A stretch of 32,000 bases of DNA from Treponemataceae bacterium (GTDB lineage: Bacteria > Spirochaetota > Spirochaetia > Treponematales > Rectinemataceae). Location of the stretch: contig CAXXVZ010000003.1 in assembly GCA_963678065.2 (NCBI GenBank), forward strand, positions 1,848,900-1,880,899, in the 5' to 3' direction. The notes under the pieces were generated by a model. The model was not told where the DNA came from, did no database searches, and saw only the letters and a program-made list of their open reading frames with translations. Both the position numbers and the translations under genes were made by a program. This document shows positions 1 to 7,340 of this stretch, in pieces (within the stretch, counting starts at the first letter, position 1; every line of letters starts with the position of its first letter).

Positions 1-145
1 CAAGGATCGCGGCTGCCGGACCATGCACAGCCTACAGCGTGGATACATGGCAGAATGATTCAGAGCGCTGGGTTTCCGGCATCCTGGACAGATACTAGAT
101 GCGATGGGGATGCCGCATCAAGCCGGGAGGGGCTCGAGTCTTCGC

Positions 146-174
146 TTGACGGTACAATCATGGTGCCGTACTCT
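146..174 (+). promoter_or_regulatory. candidate sigma70-type promoter of the cNMP-binding protein gene
   Basis: TTGACG (146-151), 17-nt spacer, TACTCT (169-174). GGAGGA Shine-Dalgarno at 191-196 and ATG at 200. The same TTGACG -35 hexamer recurs at 9201-9196 (minus strand) and 11687-11692. Confidence 0.4.
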
Positions 175-199
175 TTCCGGACAAACAAATGGAGGAACC

Positions 200-649
200 A
201 TGGACAGGGAAAAGGAACTTTCGCGCGTCGGGCTCTTCGAAAAACTCGACAGGCGGCATCTCAGGAACCTCGCGAGCATCTGCGTGGAAAAGAACTTCGA
301 AGCGGGAACCCTTCTGGTAAAGCAGGGTGAAAACGGCGTGGGACTCTTCATCATCCTGTCAGGCAGGGTCGGCATCTCCAAGACGGACTCAGACAGTGTA
401 GAGACAAAGGTTGCGGAATGCGGTCCCGGCGACATCCTCGGCGAGATGTCGGTATTCGACGGTGCGCCCCGCTCCGCCAGCGCCGTCGCGCTCGAGCCGA
501 CGCACTGCCTCGTCCTCGCGGCCTGGGAATTCAACGCATTCCTCAAGTCGCATCCGGAGGCTATGCTCGAACTCCTGCACATCGTCGTCGCGCGATACCG
601 CCAGACGAACGAGGCACTGCTCGGGCTGGGCGCCGCGCGCCACGATTAA
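200..649 (+). CDS. stand-alone cyclic-nucleotide-binding (CAP/Crp effector-domain) protein, 149 aa, no HTH or other output domain
   Basis: Internal ATG at 200 of ORF 104-649, preceded by GGAGGA. The phosphate-binding-cassette-like motif GEMSVFDGAPRSASAVA and the flanking GLFIILSG / LLVKQGE beta-roll pattern are typical of cNMP-binding domains. Confidence 0.85.
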   Translation: MDREKELSRVGLFEKLDRRHLRNLASICVEKNFEAGTLLVKQGENGVGLFIILSGRVGISKTDSDSVETKVAECGPGDILGEMSVFDGAPRSASAVALEPTHCLVLAAWEFNAFLKSHPEAMLELLHIVVARYRQTNEALLGLGAARHD

Positions 650-664
650 AGAGGTGTCGGTACA

Positions 665-684
665 GCCCGGGCCGAGGCCCGGGC
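665..684. terminator. GC-rich hairpin between convergent genes (possible terminator, no U-tract)
   Basis: GCCCGGGC (665-672), loop CGAG, GCCCGGGC (677-684). The 8-bp arm is self-complementary. It lies in the 71-nt gap between the cNMP gene stop (649) and the truA stop (721). Confidence 0.3.
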
Positions 685-720
685 AGTCGTTCCGGCGCCC
701 GAGGGCATTCTTCGCGGCGA

Positions 721-1524
721 TTATTCTGAATCGGCGAGTGCGGCGATATCGCGCGTTCCGGGCGTCTTGTAGTATTCGACATTCCACAGGAAAAGCCCCT
801 TCGCGGGAGCGGTCGTTCCAGCCAGGCGCCTGTCCCTGGCCGAAAGGACGGCTCCCATCCTTTCGGCCGCCTCCTGCGGACCGGAAGTCTCCCTCTCGAA
901 CTGCAGCATCGACCCAACAAGAGATCTGACCATCCTGAGCAGGAAGGCATTGGCCGCCACCTGGTAGAGGAGCGTGTCGCCCTCCCAATGGAAGGAGGAT
1001 TCGAAGACGAACCTGTGCCGCGAAAGGCTCGGGTCGCGCGCCGAGGCAAAAGAGGTAAAATCCTTCTCGCCGAGTATGAGGCCGGCCATGGCGTTGAGGG
1101 AGCGGATATCGGGAGTGTGGAAAATCCTGTGCGCGTACCTGAGCCTGTACGGTTCGGATTCGCTGCCACAGATGATGAAGTATCGGTACCGCCTGAGGCG
1201 CGCGTCGAACCGTACATGGAAGTCGGGCTGCGCCTCCTCCGACCGGAGTATCCGAAGGTCGGAAGGCAGGAAGCTGTTGAGTGCCGGAGTGAATTTTGCC
1301 GCGGGGATCCCCGCGATGTCGGTCTTGAAGCCGGCGACCTGTCCTCTGGCGTGAACTCCCGCATCGGTGCGACCCGCTCCCGCGACGCCGAGTTCATGGC
1401 CGTGAAGCGCGGTCAGGGCGGTTTCGAGCTCTTCCTGGACCGAACGGGCGTTTTTCTGCCTCTGCCACCCGGAAAAATCCGTGCCGTCGTAGGAGAGGAC
1501 GAGTTTGATGTTCCTGTCTTCCAT
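721..1524 (-). CDS. truA: tRNA pseudouridine(38-40) synthase TruA
   Basis: N-terminus MEDRNIKLVLSYDGTDFSGWQRQ and the catalytic-Asp motif GAGRTDAGVHARGQV are TruA hallmarks. I prefer the ATG at 1524 over the TTG at 1533 given in the ORF track. Confidence 0.9.
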   Translation of the reverse strand: MEDRNIKLVLSYDGTDFSGWQRQKNARSVQEELETALTALHGHELGVAGAGRTDAGVHARGQVAGFKTDIAGIPAAKFTPALNSFLPSDLRILRSEEAQPDFHVRFDARLRRYRYFIICGSESEPYRLRYAHRIFHTPDIRSLNAMAGLILGEKDFTSFASARDPSLSRHRFVFESSFHWEGDTLLYQVAANAFLLRMVRSLVGSMLQFERETSGPQEAAERMGAVLSARDRRLAGTTAPAKGLFLWNVEYYKTPGTRDIAALADSE

Positions 1525-1529
1525 CCCGC

Positions 1530-1907
1530 TCAATCCCGTTTTTCTATGACGACCATCGCGATGGCGTTTTCGCGCTCGTGGGTCATGGAAAGGTGGAGCA
1601 CCGTACCCCCTGTGCGCCGGAAACGTTCGAGGGCGGTTCCGTGGAGCACCATGTCGGGCTTTCCGTTGTGGTTGTTGATGACCTGTATGTCCTTGAGCTT
1701 CATCCCGGCGAGCCCCGTCCCGATCGCCTTGCCGAAAGCTTCTTTGGCGGCGAACCGGGCGGCGAGCGAGAGAGGTGCCGCGCTGCCCCGTTCCCTCGAG
1801 GCAACTATCTCATCCGGATGGAAGAACCTGTCCACGAGTCCGGGAACCGAAAGCCAGTGCTCTATCCTGCCGACGTGGACGACGTCGATGCCTATTCCGG
1901 TGATCAC
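1530..1907 (-). CDS. acpS: holo-[acyl-carrier-protein] synthase (4'-phosphopantetheinyl transferase) AcpS
   Basis: 125 aa with MITGIGIDVVHVGRIE...FAAKEAFGKA, the AcpS family pattern. The GTG start overlaps the cdaR stop (GTGA at 1904-1907). Confidence 0.9.
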   Translation of the reverse strand: MITGIGIDVVHVGRIEHWLSVPGLVDRFFHPDEIVASRERGSAAPLSLAARFAAKEAFGKAIGTGLAGMKLKDIQVINNHNGKPDMVLHGTALERFRRTGGTVLHLSMTHERENAIAMVVIEKRD

Positions 1908-2869
1908 GGGGTTCCTTCTTTTTTCTGGATGACCCGCAGGCTGACAGTCGCGGGTTCATAGCTCTCCACCGCGATGCCCTCCGGGGACTTCGCGGAAACC
2001 GGGAGAGTGTAGACCCCCGCCTTGTGGATTTCGGAAGCATCGACAAGGAGGGTACCCGTCGGATTCTGCGCAGTCTCTGTGCTTCCTCTCGGAGTCCTGA
2101 GGCGCATGGAACCCAGGGGCGGGGCCTCGGCCAGAGTGAACTGTTCAGAAAGGTCGGAAACCTTTATTTCGACGTTGGTGAGGACTTTTGCGGGGAGGGA
2201 TTTCTGTATGATGGCCCTGAACTCCACCGAATCCTGCCCGTTCACGACGTTGAGACCTTCTTTTTTGAGGAGGTTGACCCGGGCGGTAAAATCGCCGTTC
2301 CGGCCGGCGAGTTCGATGAAATCGGTGGGGATATCGGTCGTACGCGCGACGGCGCCGGCGGGGCCGCTGATCTGGATTTGAGCGGGGTCGAGGGCATAGG
2401 AGATGAGTTCGTAGCCCGACTCCAGGAAGCCACGGAACGAGGGCGTGACGGGAACCGTCTTGCGGGCTTTCTTCTCTATACCGACCGCGATCTCGGAGGG
2501 CTCGACCTGGATCTCGAGCGGATCGATGCCGGCGGCCTCTCCTCTCCTCTCGATGCGGACATTGACGCGGTGGATGCCTTCGCTCCGGAAAGACGTCAGG
2601 TCGAGGCTGGCAGTGATGTCGTCCTCCCTGATCGAGACAAGGCTCTCCGCCTCGCCGCGCAGGATGACGCGCACGGAGCGCGGGAACTGGTTGGAGGGGA
2701 GGTATTCTTCGTTGAGCGAGATGGCGAGGGGCACAAAGAGGTATCGCTCCCCGAGGCGGTTCAGGCTGAAAAAGAAGAAGAGGAGGAGCGCCGCGGCGAG
2801 CGAGAGGATCTTGGCGGGCCAGTCGTTCATCACCCGCTCGAGAAGGGGTTTATGCTTCGACAGAGGCAT
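1904..2869 (-). CDS. cdaR: YbbR-domain protein, CdaA regulator CdaR
   Basis: N-terminal TM helix (ILSLAAALLLFFFFSL) followed by repeated beta-rich YbbR-like modules. It lies immediately downstream of, and overlaps, cdaA. I prefer the ATG at 2869; the track start at 2905 is TTG, and the ATG at 2830 is also possible. Confidence 0.8.
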   Translation of the reverse strand: MPLSKHKPLLERVMNDWPAKILSLAAALLLFFFFSLNRLGERYLFVPLAISLNEEYLPSNQFPRSVRVILRGEAESLVSIREDDITASLDLTSFRSEGIHRVNVRIERRGEAAGIDPLEIQVEPSEIAVGIEKKARKTVPVTPSFRGFLESGYELISYALDPAQIQISGPAGAVARTTDIPTDFIELAGRNGDFTARVNLLKKEGLNVVNGQDSVEFRAIIQKSLPAKVLTNVEIKVSDLSEQFTLAEAPPLGSMRLRTPRGSTETAQNPTGTLLVDASEIHKAGVYTLPVSAKSPEGIAVESYEPATVSLRVIQKKEGTP

Positions 2870-3656
2870 CGTCGGAGCCCTCCTTCGCCTCGCTGTAGCT
2901 GTCAAGAAGATCGTGGAGTCTCGCCCGGATGCCGGAGGCCGGCAGTCCGTAGTAGAGCTTCGAGTCGTAGGCGAGCGAGATGGCCCCCGTCTCCTCCGAG
3001 ACCACGAGGACGACCGAGTCCGTGTCCTCGGTTACACCGAGAGCGGCGCGGTGGCGTGTGCCGAAACTTTTCCGTATGTCCTGCTGCTCGGAGAGCGGAA
3101 GGAAACAGCCCGCCGAGGCGATGCGGCCATTCTGGATGATGAGGGCCCCATCGTGCAGGGGGGTGTCGTACTCGAAGATGCTGACTATGAGGCTCGTGGA
3201 GATGAGGGCGTCGAGCCGCGTTCCTGCGTCGACGATGCTCTTGAGACCGACATCGCGCACGAACACGACGAGGGCTCCGCGCCGCTTGGCCGAGAGCATT
3301 TCCGCCGCGGCTATGACGGCCTCGAATTGGGTGTTCCTCGCCCTGCCCACGCCCTTGAAGAGCGAGCCCTGGCCGAGACGCATGAATATTTTGCGGAGTT
3401 CAGGCTGAAAAACGATGGCGAGGGCGATGACGAGGCCGGGAGCGAGGATGCCGAGGAGCCAGGTGACGGTCGCGAGCTTGAGGAAGAAGGCGGCCGTGTA
3501 GATTCCGGCGAGGATGAGAATCCCCTTGACGAGCTGGATGGCCTGGGTCCGCACGAGTATCTCGTATGTCTTGTATATGAGGAAGGCGAGGAGGAGTATG
3601 TCCGCGGCGGGGCGCAGGTATTCCGTGATGAGCTTCCCGAACGGCTGCAGGTTCAC
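2850..3656 (-). CDS. cdaA: diadenylate cyclase CdaA (c-di-AMP synthase, DisA_N/DAC domain)
   Basis: Three N-terminal TM helices, then a DAC domain with GALVVF...TPLHDGALII...ASAGCFLPLS...GTRHRAALG motifs. The GTG start overlaps the folP stop (GTGA at 3653-3656). Confidence 0.9.
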   Translation of the reverse strand: MNLQPFGKLITEYLRPAADILLLAFLIYKTYEILVRTQAIQLVKGILILAGIYTAAFFLKLATVTWLLGILAPGLVIALAIVFQPELRKIFMRLGQGSLFKGVGRARNTQFEAVIAAAEMLSAKRRGALVVFVRDVGLKSIVDAGTRLDALISTSLIVSIFEYDTPLHDGALIIQNGRIASAGCFLPLSEQQDIRKSFGTRHRAALGVTEDTDSVVLVVSEETGAISLAYDSKLYYGLPASGIRARLHDLLDSYSEAKEGSDDASVEA

Positions 3657-4516
3657 TGTCCCCCTCCTCCCGGCAAGGCTCCATTATAGCACGAGGAAAG
3701 GCAGAGCAGGGCATCCACCGTTTCGGCGACGTCGTGAACGCGGAAAATAGCGGCTCCCCGCATCCAGGCCGCGCAGGCGGCGCCGATGCTTCCGGCGAGC
3801 CTTTCGGCGACAGGTTTCCCCGTGATCTCTCCGATGATGCGCTTGCGGGAGATTCCCACGAGCACGGGATAGCCGAGAGAAACGATGTCCTCGAGCCCCG
3901 CGAGGAGGGCGAGGTTGTCGCATGTCCGCTTTCCGAATCCGATGCCGGGATCGAGTATGATCCGTTCCCGCCGCACGCCGGCCGCCGCGGCGCGGGAAAC
4001 GCTCAGGGCCAGGGAGGACCGCACCTCCGCGAGGCAGTCGACGTAGGAAGGATCGTCCTGCATGGTTCCGGGACTGCCCTGCATGTGCATGAGGATGACA
4101 GGCGCCTCCGTTTCTGCGGCGAGCGAACACATGTCCATTCCGGAGAGCGCCGTTATGTCGTTGATGATGTCCGCGCCCGCATCGAGGGCCGCGCGCGCGA
4201 CTTCGGCCTTGCGCGTATCGACGGAGAGCGGTATGTCCGAAACGGCCCGGATGGCCTCTATGGCGGGAATAACCCGCTCCAGCTCTTCCCCGACCCCGAC
4301 AGGCTCCGCGCCGGGCCTCGTCGACTCCCCTCCGATGTCGACGATGGAAGCGCCCGCCGCCTGCATGGCGAGAACGGTATCCTGAACTCCGGCCGCGGTG
4401 AGATGGCGCGATCCGGCATGGAATGAGTCCGGGGTGGCGTTCACGATCCCCATCACGGCGAATCCCCTGGCGAAGGACAGAACCCGTCCGCGCCCGAGCG
4501 CTATGTCGCGCATCAT
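3653..4516 (-). CDS. folP: dihydropteroate synthase FolP
   Basis: MGIVNATPDSFHAGSRH...DIGGESTRPGA...DPGIGFGK motifs. The ATG at 4516 overlaps the dxs stop (ATGA), so I prefer it over the GTG at 4546. Confidence 0.9.
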   Translation of the reverse strand: MMRDIALGRGRVLSFARGFAVMGIVNATPDSFHAGSRHLTAAGVQDTVLAMQAAGASIVDIGGESTRPGAEPVGVGEELERVIPAIEAIRAVSDIPLSVDTRKAEVARAALDAGADIINDITALSGMDMCSLAAETEAPVILMHMQGSPGTMQDDPSYVDCLAEVRSSLALSVSRAAAAGVRRERIILDPGIGFGKRTCDNLALLAGLEDIVSLGYPVLVGISRKRIIGEITGKPVAERLAGSIGAACAAWMRGAAIFRVHDVAETVDALLCLSSCYNGALPGGGGQ

Positions 4517-6441
4517 GCGGCGCCACCCTGAGCGGCGCGGCAACACTCCCGCATCGCCGAGAGAAGGTCCGCGGGGGCAAGGCCCGACATCGCGAGGAGC
4601 TCGTCGCGTGTCCCCTGGGGCAGCGGGCTCGATGGCACAGATTTCATGCTGAACGCGATGCCGCCCCTGCCCGGCCGCATGATGATCGAGGCGAGCGATT
4701 CGCCGACGCCGCCGGTCCCGATGTTTTCCTCGATCGCGAGAAAACCCGAATACGGAGCGACGATCTCCGAAAGATACGCCTCATCGATGGGGGCGACAAA
4801 GCGGAGGGAGTAGACGTCAGCCATCAGACCCTCGGCCTCGAGAAGGACGGCCGCGTCGAGGGCCGACGAGACAAGGACTCCGGCTGTCATGACAAGCACA
4901 TCGGAACTCCCTGTCCGCCTGAGGAAAACGCCGCGTCCTGGTACGAGGGGCTGGGAAAAGGCAGGATTCTCGGGCGGAAGGGCTGTCTTTGGATAGCGAA
5001 CCATCACCGGTCCGGAGGATTCCACGGCCCAGCGGAGGCAGAGATCAAGATCGACGCCGCTCGCGGGCGCCAGCATAGTCAAGCCAGGCATGGATCTGAA
5101 CATGGAGAGATCGTAGATTCCCTGGTGAGTTTCTCCGTCATCGGGCACCAGTCCAGTCCTGTCTACGGCAAAAACGACGTGAAGTCCCTGCAGGGCCACA
5201 TCGTGGAAAACCTGGTCTACGGCCCTCTGCATGAATGTAGAATAAATGGCCACGACGGGGAGGAGCCCGCCTGATGCCATACCGGCTGCATAGGTGACTG
5301 CATGCTGCTCGGCTATGCCTACATCGTGGAAACGGGCAGGATAACTCGTCTTGAAGGCATCGAGTCCCGTTCCCTTGGACATCGCCGCCGTGATCGCGAC
5401 GAGATCGCAGCGCGCATTCGCAATGTCGACGATGCTGGCCGAAAATACATCGGTGAAGCTGCGTTTCGGAGTGGAGACGGAGGAGATCCGGGAGTCCGGG
5501 CAGGATGCCGGAGCGCCCGGAGCCGCGGCGGGAGGCTTGGCCGGAGCGACTCCGTGAAAGCTGGCCGGATCCTCCTCGGCGTCGCTGTGCCCCCTGCCCT
5601 TGTGAGTGACCATGTGCACGACGCAGGGTCTGTCCAGCTTGCGTACATCGTTCAGGACCTCCGTCATGGCAGGGATGTCGTGGCCGTCGATGGGACCGAT
5701 ATACTCGAAGCCGAATTCGGAAAAGAGGTTTTCCTTGTAGAACAAGGCTTTGACGGAACGTTTCCACCGCATCATGAGCGCGAAAAGTTTCGGCCCGTAC
5801 CGCGGAATGCTCCTGACTATCCTGTCGACAATCGAACGGAATGTCTGATAGCGGACCGTCGCCGACAGGCGCGACAGGTAGCGCGAGAAAGACCCCACGA
5901 CGGGCGAAATCGACATCTTGTTGTCATTGAGTACGACAATGAGCGGAAGCATGGACTGCCCGGCGTGGTTCAGCGCCTCGAAGGCCATGCCTCCGTTGAG
6001 GGCTCCGTCGCCGATCACCGCCACGACTTTCCCTGCATCGCCGAGGAATTTCCTGGCATCGAGAATGCCAAGGGCCGTGGAGATCGACGTGGAAGCGTGC
6101 CCCGTGTCGAAGGCGTCGTGCACGCTCTCGGAGCGCTTGGGGAATCCCGAGATGCCACCCTTCCTGCGCAGACCCGCGAAACCATCCCGTCTTCCGGTGA
6201 TGAGCTTGTGGGTATAGCACTGGTGGCCGACGTCCCAGATAATCGTGTCCTCGGGAGTCCGGAACACCCTGTGCAGGGCGAGAGTGAGTTCCACCACCCC
6301 GAGGTTGGAGGCGAGGTGACCTCCGTTGCGGCTGACTGTGTCGATGATGAGGTTACGGATTTCCTCGGAGAGGATTTTAAGTTCGTCGAAGCTCATCCGC
6401 CTGATATCATCAGGACTGTTCACTGAATCGAGAAGGGACAT
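4513..6441 (-). CDS. dxs: 1-deoxy-D-xylulose-5-phosphate synthase
   Basis: 642 aa from the ATG at 6441. Motifs GGHLASNLGVVELTLALH, GHASTSISTALG and the TPP-binding GDGALNGGMAFEALN, plus a transketolase-like C-terminal half. The track start at 6540 adds 33 implausible residues. Confidence 0.92.
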   Translation of the reverse strand: MSLLDSVNSPDDIRRMSFDELKILSEEIRNLIIDTVSRNGGHLASNLGVVELTLALHRVFRTPEDTIIWDVGHQCYTHKLITGRRDGFAGLRRKGGISGFPKRSESVHDAFDTGHASTSISTALGILDARKFLGDAGKVVAVIGDGALNGGMAFEALNHAGQSMLPLIVVLNDNKMSISPVVGSFSRYLSRLSATVRYQTFRSIVDRIVRSIPRYGPKLFALMMRWKRSVKALFYKENLFSEFGFEYIGPIDGHDIPAMTEVLNDVRKLDRPCVVHMVTHKGRGHSDAEEDPASFHGVAPAKPPAAAPGAPASCPDSRISSVSTPKRSFTDVFSASIVDIANARCDLVAITAAMSKGTGLDAFKTSYPARFHDVGIAEQHAVTYAAGMASGGLLPVVAIYSTFMQRAVDQVFHDVALQGLHVVFAVDRTGLVPDDGETHQGIYDLSMFRSMPGLTMLAPASGVDLDLCLRWAVESSGPVMVRYPKTALPPENPAFSQPLVPGRGVFLRRTGSSDVLVMTAGVLVSSALDAAVLLEAEGLMADVYSLRFVAPIDEAYLSEIVAPYSGFLAIEENIGTGGVGESLASIIMRPGRGGIAFSMKSVPSSPLPQGTRDELLAMSGLAPADLLSAMRECCRAAQGGAA

Positions 6442-6644
6442 TGGGACGAGGATAGCACGGGAGGCCGGCTTCGTTCCACAGGTGGTGAAGCCGATGCAGT
6501 CTGGCCTGTGTCGACGACTGTGCCGGTCCCGGTCCCGCACAGCCGAACGGTTTCAGCGGTGTCGGCCCCCCGTACCCTGATCCCGCGCAGTCGCGGCGCG
6601 GCCGCCTCTTGCGCGAAAGGCCTCCGGCCGGGCAGAGTGTGCCC

Positions 6645-7169
6645 ATGGCCGGATACACGCTTCTGACGCTGAAACTCGCCTCAGCCCTCTCCTACCGCAG
6701 AGTGGACTTCGAGGCGGAAAAGTTCCGGGATTTTGCCGCAGTGTCGGCAGAGGGCATTCCTTCCGCCGAGGGAGGAGAAACCGTTCTCTTCTACTCCCCC
6801 GACTCCCTCGTCCGTTTCGACGAAGCTGAAGGGCCCCGCATCCTTGCGCTGCCGGGAAAACCCGAACGCTTCGGGGTCTCGCGGGAAAACCGCCACGAGG
6901 CGGGAGAAGACAAGGCGGGAGAAGACAAGGCGGGAGAAGACAAGGCGGGAGAAGGCAAAGAGGAAGAAGGCCTCACTCTCGAACCAGGGCTGTACGGATT
7001 CATGCAGTGGAGGGTGGCAGATGCCGCGGGATTGGCCGAGGGAATCGAATACTTCGCCCGCGAGACCTGGTGGGAGAAGCTGGGCTGCCGCGGTCCCTGG
7101 ATTCTCAGGCGCGTCGCCGAGGACGGAAAGATCGCGACCCAGCTCCTCGCGCGGCTGGCGGGACAGTAA
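6645..7169 (+). CDS. hypothetical protein with internal (AGEDK)x3-AGEGK repeat
   Basis: ATG at 6645 (the track start at 6609 is TTG). Third codon positions are strongly G/C biased, as in neighbouring real genes. The gene is followed by a strong terminator at 7241-7277. I recognise no family. Confidence 0.6.
   Translation: MAGYTLLTLKLASALSYRRVDFEAEKFRDFAAVSAEGIPSAEGGETVLFYSPDSLVRFDEAEGPRILALPGKPERFGVSRENRHEAGEDKAGEDKAGEDKAGEGKEEEGLTLEPGLYGFMQWRVADAAGLAEGIEYFARETWWEKLGCRGPWILRRVAEDGKIATQLLARLAGQ
6899..6958 (+). repeat. 15-bp tandem repeat, 4 units (3 identical plus 1 with a single substitution), in frame
   Basis: GGCGGGAGAAGACAA at 6899, 6914 and 6929; GGCGGGAGAAGGCAA at 6944. Read directly from the sequence. 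Confidence 0.95.
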
Positions 7170-7240
7170 AACCGATGGGACGGCAAAGCTGGCTGCCCAA
7201 TGGAACAGTGCCAGCAAAGGCACAAAACAGTCAGCCCATG

Positions 7241-7277
7241 AAAAAAGCCGACGGGGACGATCCCCGCCGGCTTTTTC
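7241..7277. terminator. bidirectional rho-independent terminator shared by the hypothetical gene (+) and alaS (-)
   Basis: A6 run (7241-7246). Stem 7246-7257 pairs with 7261-7272 (12 positions, one mismatch at 7251/7267), with a 3-nt loop. T5 run at 7272-7276. It sits between convergent stops at 7169 and 7341. Confidence 0.8.
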
Positions 7278-7340
7278 TCTTCATCGGGGCCCGTCACCGA
7301 CTCCCGTTGTCGGACCCTGTTGCCGGGAAGAGCCCGGTCT

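Noticed and set aside
3-98. Open frame running from the left edge to a TAG at 96-98 (...AYSVDTWQNDSERWVSGILDRY), possibly the 3' end of a plus-strand gene
   Set aside because: Only 31 codons are visible, with no recognisable motif. Two other frames are also open here. This is too little to support a feature.
104-199. Upstream-extended starts offered by the ORF track (104, 1533, 2905, 4546, 6540, 6609, 11605, 13231, 17546, 20353, 27285, 29587, 30036)
   Set aside because: Where I checked the codon (1533, 2905, 4546, 6609, 11605) it is a TTG or GTG; the others I judged only from the implausible added residues and from overlap with promoters, terminators or the preceding gene. Internal ATGs with an RBS, stop/start overlap or leaderless geometry fit the family N-termini better.
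6442-6644. GC-rich ~200-nt region upstream of dxs, considered as a TPP or other riboswitch or a small RNA
   Set aside because: I found only short, unconvincing stems (for example CGGCTTC/GAAGCCG). There is no CUGAGA/ACCUGAUCUGG-type TPP core on the dxs strand. Nothing supports a structured RNA call.
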